From Klebsormidium nitens (lineage: Eukaryota > Plantae > Klebsormidiophyceae): 64,000 nucleotides of DNA. The notes below the pieces were generated by a model, which did not search any database, had not been told where the DNA came from, and saw nothing but the letters and a program-made list of their open reading frames with translations. The DNA lies in the NCBI GenBank assembly GCA_000708835.1, contig DF237008.1, forward strand, positions 1 through 64,000, in the 5' to 3' direction. Positions 35,601 to 45,862 of the stretch are shown here, one piece after another; the stretch's first letter is position 1; each line of letters begins with the position of its first letter. The position numbers and the translations under genes are program-made.

Positions 35601-38600
35601 TGGGGCTCGACAAGTAAGCGCAGATCATTTGCGTCAATGATTCTATAGGCCCAGGGCCCATTTGGCCTACGATTATCAACATTTGAACTTCCCAGCAACA
35701 CAGAAACGGACTTCTCCTTCTAAACGAAGATGGGCTTCGCAGATTTTGACTTGCGTCGTTCAAAGGTCGTGCACCGTGGCAGTTCATGTCGTAAGAAGCA
35801 CATTTTCCCGCACATTCCTGACACAAAACACTGTCCTGAGCGCCCCTGCTGATCCTGTAAGGAGCACAGAACGGTTCTTCTGTATTCTCGGTTCTTCCTT
35901 ACTTTCTCGATCATTGATCCGAGCAAAATGCGTTTCCTAGAAACAGCGGCACAGGAACATGTGGTAGGCACTTCAAGTCTTGACCTCTCTTCGAAGCTCC
36001 TGTAACTTCGACCAACGACAAAAATGAAGCTCAAGGTATGGACCAAGCATTCGAGGCGGCGTCAAATTTTGCACCTCCGGATTTGTGATATTGTATTACA
36101 TGATGCTTGTCAAACGCAGGACTGAAAGCACGTGGAAACCCTTGAAGTACTTATATTCAGAAAGCTTCTTTTACTCTGCAGGCTTGAGATTCCGCTGGGG
36201 AAGGTGAAGGTCAACGTGGGCGGCAGCATTATACCCTTCCGAAAAAGCCTCCGCCTGATCGGCAAATCCTATCTCCCCTGCGCTTATTGCTCCGGCTGCA
36301 TACACACCCTGGGCTCCGACCCTCTATATAAGTGGGTGGCGGGCCCTTGGGGCACGTGCGGCGCCGACAGCGTGTGGAAGCGTGACGTCACGTGCCAGGC
36401 CGACGGACAGCCCAACTTCGCGATGGCGGACGCCCTTTGCAAGGACGCCGGCGCCAAGCCGCCCGCCTCCAGCGCGTGCAGCGTGGCGCCCTCCTGTCCC
36501 GCTACCTGTCAGCCTGCGGACGGCGTTTGCAACGCCGAGTGCAACGTGGCAGCCTGCGGCCACGACGCCGGCGACTGCCGGACGTCCGACCCGTGCCGAG
36601 CCTTTTCGGACTGCCGCACGTGCCTGACGGGCCCGGCCGTCTGCGGCTGGTGCGCGAGCGCCGGTGCGTGCATCCAGTCCGAAGCGGCGTGCGCGCGCGA
36701 CTTTTGGACGGACCGCTGCGCTCCGGAGGAGACGCAGATCGCCTTCAGCCGCCCCTCGTATGCGGACACTTTGCGGGCCGGCCAGAGCTTTGCCGTCCGG
36801 TGGTCTGGAGGGCCTGCGTCCGGAAAAGTGGTCCTGCGCTACCGCTTCGACGACAGCCCGGACGTCTTTTCCGGCTTCGGCATTCCGGCGGAAGGCGTCC
36901 CGAACAGCGGAACGTTCACGTGAGCGATCGACGGGGGCCTCCCCACCAGCCGCGGCTTCGAGCTGCTGCTCGCGTCGGAAAGCGACGCCGGAAACTTTGC
37001 GTTCAGCGACCTCTTCTCCGTATACGGCGCGCTGGATATGAACGGCTACATCTGGAAGCAGGGCGACTACGGCGCGTGTAGGTAGGTGAAATGCAGCTTC
37101 CCAAGGTCCGCCAAAGAGAGACGATTCTGAACCGTCCGATTGACTGCAACAATTTCTGGGCCGTACTCCATTGCGCTGCTCCAACCTTGCCTCCTTTTCG
37201 ACGAAACGGCAGCTAGACACCCCGCAGACAGCCAGCTCGCTGAATCGAAACTCTTGACTAACATCTAGAGACGTTCTCCCGCCGTTCTAATTCCGTCGCG
37301 GTCTGCACGCAGCAAGTCTTGCGGGGGGGGCGTCCGCACGCGGACCACGTTCTGCGCGAACGCCGGAAACGGAACGGCGGTCGACGCGAGCTTCTGCTAC
37401 GCGGCCGCCAAGCCGGCCGCCCCGCCGCTGTCGTGCAACACGCAGGCGTGCGTGCAGTGCCCCAACGTGCCGATATGCCTTCCGGGGAGCGGCTACCAGT
37501 GTACCACGTGCTCCTGTCTTCCGAACGGCGACGGAACGGAGTTTTGCGGTATGTACTACACGGACGTGCGGACCGGGGCGCGGACCCGGACCGGGTGCGA
37601 CACGCGGGGGAACGAATATCAGGAGTGTTGCAGGAAGCAGGGGTGAGAGTTCCTCGCTTTTCTCAGTACTGTTTCAGCCCAACCTGTGTTTGGTTTGCAG
37701 AGGATCGGCCGAGAACGGCTGTTTTCATGTACCGGCTTGCTATGCCCTGAAAATCCGCCTTCTCTGTTGACTCAAATCCTTTTCCCTGCCTTCCACAGGG
37801 AGTATTGGTTGCTAATCGGGCTGACTACCAGACCTGAGGAGTCTCTTGTTATGGGTCAATCAGTCGGGCCTTAATCTTGTTCCAAGACTGGTTACCGCCC
37901 AAGTCTGGTTTCTGGACACATGACCGCTCTCTGACCAGCCCAAAACCGTTCATGGTTACAGCTAAAACTCTTGTGTTCGCGCCTCAGGCTCTACTGCGAG
38001 GACAAGTGTACGGAAAAAGCCCAGTGGGTCGTCGAATTCAGCATGGAATGCAGCAAGCCCTGCGGAGGGGGAGACCAGTACCGGCAGTTCCAGTGCCGGG
38101 GCTGGCTGATGCGGAAGGGGATAAGGCAGGAGGAATATTGCGAAGACGCTTTCTGCGGACGAAGGCCACCGGGAAGCGGTTCGAGTGCAACACCCAGCCG
38201 TGCATGACCTACTCTTGGCAGGTCGGTAATCCACTCGGTGAAGGTTATCAGTTGAATAACCGAGTCGTGATTCATTCCATTTGGATGCGGCTGCTCGTTT
38301 CACGCCTCGCCGCATCCGCTGAGGAACAGGTAAAGTCTGCTTTTGAAATCTAGGAAGTGATTCAAATGAGTGCCCCGAATCGGAAATGAATATTTCTATC
38401 ACTCGTTGTGATAGGACGGTCGTGAAACGGGGCATTCGTAGAAACTCTCAGGCGGTACCAAGGAAAGTTCACAAATGCTCGCAGAAGAACTTCTGTTTTG
38501 TGATCTTAAGAAGAACCCCTCAGCAGTCAAGCTACTTCACTTCCGTGAAGACCCCCCTTATTAAAATCTTCACCAGCTAAACGGAGGCGAGGAGGCGCAA

Positions 38601-41600
38601 AGGTCTAGACGGGCCGGAGCATGCGGACATCATGTTATGTAGAATACTATGCGCTGATCCTTGAACTTCTTGACACCTATACTCGCAACTTCCGGAAGGA
38701 AAAATAGACTACCAGAGGAGCTGATAACGGGATTACGTCGCGCTTCTCTTCTAGGTGGGGGAGTGGCAGAAGTGCAGTCAAGACTGCGGGGGCGGTACGC
38801 ACGTCAGAGACATCGCCTGCAAGGCGTCAGACGGCAACCTCGTTGCGGAGTCCTTCTGTGCCGGTGCTCCAAGACCTGACACCCAAGTAAGGCGGTCCGG
38901 TCCATCTGCTCGTTTTCTAATTTGAGTCCATCAATCTCGGAGTGCGAGATTGTGCAATCCAGCACAGCCCAACACTTTTTCTTGACGGATCGATACAATT
39001 GAGTGGCTCCCTTAGAAACGCACCGCAACGACCGTCGTCTTTTAGCGGATCCGTTCACGAGCCCTTCGCGAGGCCTCTTTACTGGGTTGGGTGTCTCTTC
39101 AGTTCAGACTCTGGATTCATGAACCGACTACACACAGGCGTCTGGTATTCCCATAAGAATACCTTCTTTACCTGTTGTGCAGGAGACGTGCAATACGAGC
39201 CCCTGTTTGAATGTCGACCCCTTTCTCAGTCAACCACCGCCGCTCGACGTCTGGACAGCGGGGCAAACGCACAACGTTTCCTGGGGAGGGGGGATACAGT
39301 ACGGGACCGTTCTGCTGCAAGCCAAACTGCTTGCTTCGTCCCTGTCTGCACAGCAGCTGACTGCAACGGATGAGTGGAACCATGGGTCCAAAATTGGGCT
39401 CCCGATGGTTGCAGTGTCGAATACTGGAAGCTTCGTTGTGAGGATACCTGATGCGGCCCGTTCGGCGCTTGTTTCATTGAGGGTAAGCGCTATGACTTGT
39501 CTTCTGAGCTGCCGAATTATATGATCGCATCTTGAGAACAGCCTGATCGTGAGGCCTGATTGTGTCGCGTTCAATGTGGGTATCCATGCATAATCTGGTG
39601 CTTCGGATCCGTTGGGATCTTTTCTGACTTGTTCTTGGGGAACTGTTTAGAAATGAATCCGTTTCGAGTAAGTCTCCTCAATCTGAGACGTTGAAGTGCC
39701 TAACGGACCGGCAAAAAGTAAGTAAGACGTTGCCCATTCAGTCGACGGCACAGAATCCCATCCTTTTGGCTTGTATTTGAGTCCATAATGATAACGCCTG
39801 CGAGTTCTTTGAATAATTTCTTGAAAGTACGTGTAGTGCTCTGAATCCAGCTCATTTACATTGTCTGTTTCCAGTTACTTTCGACCGATGCCAACGGCAC
39901 GAAGACGGCCACAACAAACGGACCGCTGGTCGTTCGCGGGCTGGTCACCTACACGGTTATCTTAACCGCAGTCTCTCGAGCTCCCGGCCCGCCAGCCAGC
40001 CTGCCCCTCGGAGCGTCCGTTACACTGTACGGCTCGCTCGACTCCTCCGCTTCGTTCTCGGTCGGTGCAACCTCCCCCGGGCAGCTCTCAGTCACCAAAA
40101 TGGTTCAACAACTAGACCTTGGGGCAGTGTCCCAGTGTGCGGTGACGGGGCCAAGCTGGATGGGCTCGGTTCAAGTGTTGGCCGGGCAAGACGGGTTAGT
40201 GCGAACCTTCGGGTTTGATAACCCGCCAACCGGCGCGAATTCCCTTCGCTCCGACTGCGCCCAGATCCAAGACTGCTTCGCCTGCTCTGCCACGGAGGGC
40301 TGCGGCTGGTGCGCTTCAGGTTCCGGTTCCGGTTCCGGTCCGCAGTGTCTCCCGGGCGACGACTTTGGGCCGTACGTGGGGGTCTGCTCGCAGCCGGTTG
40401 AAGCGGCCCTCATAGCGTATGCGTGGGCGGCGAATCCGGGCACGTGCGCTGATCCCTGCCGCCTTTCCGGCGCGCGCACTTGCAGCGACTGCGCGCTCAA
40501 GGCCGGCTGCGGCTGGTGCGAGGCGACCTGCTCCTGCCTTAAGGGCAACGAAACGTCGCCGGAATTCTTCCCCTGCCCCCGTACCCCGAGCCTCCCCCAG
40601 CCGTGGAGCCTGTCTGCGCAGCAGTGCGGCGCGGGCGGCACCTGCGCGGCCGCGGGCGGCCCGAAGGCGCTCGTCGTGGCCGCGCTGCTCCAAACCTCCC
40701 AAACCTTCGCCTTTCTCGATGGGTCGGCTTCCACGCCCTGCGCCACGTGCTACGGCGTCGACTGTGGCCCGCACGGGGAGTGCATTCACACCAGCGACCA
40801 GGCGGTCTGCCAGTGCAAGGCCGGCTACACCGAGCCTAAGTGTGAATTGCCACCCAGTCCCTGCACCGGTTTTGATTCCTCCCAGGGCGTTCGAACCTGT
40901 GCACTGAGCGGCGACTCTAGTTACCTTTTTGTATGCGCCGACGGCAGGACGGGTCTTGACTGCGCACCTCCGACCCTTTCCTCGACGAGTGTGAATACCC
41001 CCCCAGTAAGCCCAAGCGCGAGCCCGGTTCCAAGCTTAAGCGCCGCCCCGAGCGCAAACGCCAGTTCTAGCCGGTCCCCGGTTCCTTCCCCGAGCGCCAG
41101 TCGGAGCCCCGCCCCGAGTCCCAGCCGTAGCCCGCTTGTCTGCTTCAACAACTGCAACGGCCACGGCACGTGCGTCGCCAACAACAAGTGTGCGTGCGCG
41201 GCCGGGTGGGACGGCGGCAACTGCGCGGCGCTCGGGTGGAACTGCTTCTGCGACTGCCCGCAGGACGAGCGCACGTGTCTGAAGACCGCCGGCTGCCGCT
41301 GGTGCATCGACAACAATTACAACAGCGGGTGCATCCCCACGCGCGACGACAACGGCCAGTGCACGCGCGCGCGCCGGCGGCTACTTGACGCGCCCGCGGC
41401 CGCGCCGCGCGAGAGCTGCTTCCTTTGGCAGCAGGCGGCCGGGCCGAACCAACCGGCGGTGCAAAATGCGCTTTCAAGGGTGGCGAACGTGACCGGGCTT
41501 GTACCCGGGAGCTACACCTTCGTGCTGACGTCAACGGATAACGACGGCCGCGCTTCCAACGCGACCATCCAAGTTGGCGCTGCCGCAACTCCCGTTCCGG

Positions 41601-44565
41601 TTCCGTCGTCCACTCCGGTCGCGACCCCTAATTTCGGAACGGAATCCCCCGGTCCAGTCCCAAATCCTCCACAGGCCACAGGCCCTCCCCCTCTGGCCGT
41701 TCCTCCCCCGATTCAAACGTCGCCCCCCCTCCAAAACCCTCCCCCCGTCACAATCGAGATCCCCACCCCAATCTCATTGCCCCCTCCTGCTTCCCCCGCG
41801 AAAATGCCTCCACCGCGGTCCAAGATCCTCCCCCCGTGACACCTCCTCCCCTTGTTTCGATGCCTCCCCCGATCTCACCTCCCCCCGTTTCGATGCCTCC
41901 GCCACCTTCACCTCCCCCAGTTTCGATGCCTCCCCCGAGTTCACTTCCTCCCCCCGTTTCTATGCCTCCCCCAATCTCACCTCCCCCCGTTTCGATGCCT
42001 CCCCCGAGTTCACTCCCCCCCCCGTATCGATGCCTCCCCCGATCTCACCTCCCCCCCTTTCGATGTCTCCCCCAATCTCATTTCCTCCTCCCGTTTGGAT
42101 GCCTCCCCCAACCTCGCTTCCTCCCCCCGCAGCAACTCCAGCCCCTCCCACAACGCCTCCTCCCGCCGCAAATCCTCCCCCTGTTTCGAATCCCACAGGT
42201 GCCACAGTTCCTCCCCCAACCACAACTGCTTCACCACCCAGAGAACCCCCCCCAGCGGCAGTCCCTCCCCCGGCCGAAATTCCGCCTCCCTCTGCTGCAA
42301 ACCCTCCCCCGGCCGCAACTCCTCCCTTTTCAATCCTCCCTCCGCCTGCTACACTCCCTCCTCCGCCTTCATTTCCCCCCCCGGTGGCAACCAGTGCAAG
42401 TCCCAGCCCGGTTGTTAGCCCATCAAACAGCCCGGTTCCTAGTCCTTCAGAGAGCCCGGTCTCGAGCCCCTCCATTTCCTTAAGCCCACTTCCCAGCCCT
42501 TCCCCTAGCCCTTCGCAAAGCCCCTCTTCGAGCCCGACCCCGAGTGCCTCCTCTAGTCCAGCCCCAAGCTCTTCGTCCAGTCTGAGTCCTTCCTCCACTC
42601 TAAAACCAAGCGCTTCACCCAGTTCCGTCCCGAGCCCTTCCGCCAGCGCCTCCGGAAGCCCTCTCCCCAGCCCGTCCGCAAAAGCATCCCCCAGCCTAGT
42701 TCCCGTTCCGTCGCCGAGTTCCGCTGCAAGCCCTTCCGTCTCCCCTACGATTCAGTCCCCCAGCAGCGCTCCTTCTCTGTCACCCCCCGCAATTTCGCCC
42801 TCTCCAAGCCCCCCCGCCGCGGCTGTCGCCGCCACTCTGAACCTTGGCGTCGCGCTGGCAAATCTCGCCGACCCAGAAGCGGTCCAAACCGGGGACATCG
42901 AGCGGTCGCTGGCCGCCGCAAACGGGCTCGACGCGGGCGCCGTTTCGGTCGCCTCCATTCCGTTCAGTGTGGCCCAGTCGTGCGCCATCGGTAACGTCAG
43001 CCCCGGGGAGTGGGCCGACGGGGGCGGCCGCGACGCGTTCGTCCGCGCGATCGCGGCGGAGTCCGGCGTCGATCCGTCTTCCGTTTCCGTCGAGAGCGCC
43101 GCGGAAAGCAGGCGGCGCCGCGGGCTGCTCCAGTCCGCCGGAACCCTCCGGGTGTCCTTCAGCATCCTGTGCGGGGACGGCGCGCAGGCCAAGGCCGTGA
43201 TCCAGTCGGTAACGGGCGCTTTCGACAGCGGGAGCGTTACCTCCGCTCTAGTTGCCCTCGGCCTGGCCCCCACGCAGGTGCAGGCCGCCGACCCGCCGAC
43301 CGTCAGCGCCCACGTGGAGGTCGTCATCAGCGTCACCGTGAACCGCACGGCTGACGTCACCGCCGTCGCGTCGGCGATCTCGCAGTCCGTGTCTTCGGGC
43401 TCGTTTTCGTCGGCTCTGCAAGAGAGGGGTGTCAGCGCAGACACTCTAGTCGTGTCGGTTCCCACATGGTCGATTGTGACATTCCCACCCCCAGCGCCGG
43501 CTGCTTCCCCAACGCCAGTTCACCCCCCCCCTCCCTCGTTCCCGCAATACCCCCCTTATCCTTCAGCCTCCCCTTATCCAAATCCAGCCTCGTTCCCTCC
43601 ACCCCCTAACAGTCCGACAATCCCACCGCCGGAGGTAAAGAAAGGAGGCTGTTTTGCGGCCGACGCAGAAGTGACCTTAGAGGACGGAACGGCAAAGCGG
43701 ATGGCGGACCTTTGCTTGGGAGACCGAGTCTTTGTCATAGACCCACGAGACGGTCGCCTCTTTGTTGAGGAGGTTTATTGGTTCACTCACAAGTCCGATG
43801 AACAGGTGGGGATTAGTTCTCGACGGCTGTCTCCCATTTCGAGCCCACTAAGGTTGAATTCATTTTAGGCTTTGTATTAGACGTCTGTCGGAATGCGTGT
43901 GCAGTTGCCTTTCAGTGCCTTGCCTTATGACGGCCTGTCGATATCACCAGAGCGCCGATACCTCAACGCCGGTCCCAAGACGCTTTGTTTACACTTTCCT
44001 TGGTACAACCTGTTAGATGTGCTTCCTGTCAGAATGCGAATGCGTTCTTCAATCGGTGCCCAAGCGCCGAACGTCGATGGGCCCCTGTGATGCCATCCGG
44101 CCAAGTTGTTGCTCGGACTGTCTTCGAACTTTGCAGGCCACATACGTTCGTCTACAAACCGAGGAGGGAGCCAGCATATCCGGGACTCCGCATCATTACG
44201 TCTTCGCCCACCGCCCCCCGGCTAGCACCGCTGCTTCTGCCCTCAGTTTCGCCAACGCTACTATTGTGACATTCAGTGAGGTCCGAGTAGGGGACCTCGT
44301 TTGGGTGGCCCGGGGATATCCATCCAACGGTCAATCCGCGCTTCTGGCCCAGAGAGTTGCGAACATTACTGAGGTTTCTCTGCCCGGGATGTATAGTCCC
44401 AAAACCTTGAGCGGTACCATTTTGGTCAACCACGTGGCAGCACTGCAGTTCACCGCCGCTCTTCCGAGGGCCATGTGGGCTTTCCACGTGGCAATGCTTC
44501 CCGCTCGGTTCGTCAGGAGCTTTGTGCCTAGGGCGCCGCTAAACTGGGTGTTTCAGCTCCTTTGA
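32608..44565 (+). CDS. Giant secreted mosaic protein (~2,620 aa if repaired): signal peptide, TSP1 x4, LNR, PSI, EGF, PLAT-like, PKD-like, Pro/Ser-Pro-rich, SEA-like, C-terminal Hog (Hint + SRR-like); disrupted as assembled
   Basis: Exons 32608-32990, 33454-33693, 34145-34562, 35046-35613, 36182-37081, 37313-37642, 37988-38221, 38755-38886, 39183-39482, 39875-43805, 44137-44565 (7865 nt; +4 nt = 2623 codons). Motifs: WVAGPWGTCG, WKQGDYGACSKSCGGGVRTR, CSKPCGGGDQYR, WQVGEWQKCSQDCGGG (TSP1); CQPADGVCNAECNVAACGHDAGDC (LNR); C..CL....CGWC (PSI); CNGHGTCVANNKCACAAGWDGGNC (EGF); GLVPGSYTFVLTSTDNDG (PKD-like); GGCFAADAEVTLEDG (Hint). Confidence 0.85.
41580..42830 (+). repeat. Coding low-complexity repeats: PPPVSMPPP(I/S)S units of ~10 aa, then poly-Pro and (SP)n blocks
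   Basis: Repeated cccgtttcgatgcctccccc units at 41845-42110; SPSPSPSQSPSSSP blocks at 42400-42820, typical of algal hydroxyproline-rich wall proteins. Confidence 0.9.
43650..44565 (+). other. Hedgehog-type Hint autoprocessing domain plus SRR-like tail, split by intron 43806-44136
   Basis: G|CF cleavage junction (Cys codon 43650-43652); block A CFAADAEVTLEDGTAKRMADLCLGDRV; block B ISGTPHHYV (TxxH); terminal GMYSPKTLSGTILVNHV, matching Hedgehog GxYAPLTxxGTIVV; tail FHVAMLPARF resembles the SRR HxxxxPxR helix. Confidence 0.88.
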
Positions 44566-45862
44566 GGCTTTTGCGACGACAGCCGACCCTGTGACTACCA
44601 CCGGGCAGCCCTTTGCAGAAGACAATTTTGTTCCGTTCAATGGACGCATCAGGACGTCGACCTTTGCCAGGTCGGTCGTTAGCAGGGGATAGCGGCGTTC
44701 AGATGTCCGTCGCGACAAGCAAGTGGCGAGATCTGGACAGGAACGGACTGCTGAGTGCCGGCACATTCTCACGCCAACATGTCAAGAACCAAACATTCAG
44801 CAGAAACTTCTGAGGCCGTACCCGCTCTGCAGCATCATAGTACGCAGGTGGTACGCAGCATACGAAATAGCTCTGGCAAGTTTGAAGAGGGTCTCAGTTG
44901 ATCTTTACATGCACACATCTGACCACTGATGACTCTCTCTGGTTACCTTGGGCTGAGGTATTATCGCTGAGACTGCTGCGCAGCTTTAACCGTCTGAGTG
45001 CTCATGAAAAGTGCATCTAATGGCGGCATGACCGAATTGGCTGGATCAAAACCTGTCGTCCTTGTCGTCCTAGTCGCCCTATAGTACATCTTACTCACTT
45101 TGGCATAATGTATAGGGCCGACTACGGTACTTGAGCTCCTATACCATACTGCACCATCCGTGATCGACTATTTGATTGGGCCGGTGGCCCGGGGACGCAC
45201 CGAGCGATCGATCTGCGATTTGCATATGAGCTAGGTTGGCTAATCAGACCTGGGCCGGACGGTATACTTCGTTGATCGTGCCATGATGCGACGTATGCAA
45301 CAGAGTACGTACTTTCCAAAAACCTCGATGCACTAAGATCAGTTCGACGCCGACGCGCTTGTATGGTGGCCCTTCATTCATGATATACTCGGTCCGGTTT
45401 GCATATGGCCCATTCTTCCATCGAAACTGTGAAGCTTCGCCAATGACCTACTAGAAGACTAAAGTTGAGCTGACGTGATCCGATGCACAGAAGTAAGTCA
45501 TGGGCAGCGCATGATGCGACCATGCTCATGGGATCAATCGCGATTCAGAATTTTATGTTTGGATGTCGTCGGGTTACCTAAGTCTTCAGGCGCTTCCAGG
45601 TCACCAGTATGCATGTCTAGCCCGGTACATTCGAACATCTGGCCATGGAGTAACGATCCAGAAAGATGTTTCAATGCCCAAAACCCAATAGGCTCCAACC
45701 AGTCCAGAGTTATCCAAAACACGGAATTGTATCTGAGGGTTGCAACTCGACCCAAAAACGCATTGCTGAGTCTCAGGCAATCCCAGAAGCGTGCAGCAGC
45801 AGGACGTAAGTATACGTATAAAGTACTGTACAACTTATGAATGTGTTTCCTCGAAAACCTAT

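Noticed and set aside
36921-36923. Selenocysteine or genetic-code reassignment reading of the in-frame TGA
   Set aside because: The context predicts Trp, not Cys. TGA serves as a normal stop in other genes here (cytochrome b5-like, TPT, Hog), and I identified no SECIS.
36324-37220. 298-aa minus-strand ORF and other long GC-rich antisense ORFs over the Hog, hydrolase and PNPase exons
   Set aside because: Expected stop-poor shadows of high-GC3 coding sequence; no recognisable motifs.
41574-42598. Long overlapping ORFs (RFDASP repeats, RCLP repeats, Gly-rich antisense)
   Set aside because: Alternative frames and antisense shadows of the Pro-rich coding repeat; the true frame switches at the frameshifts.
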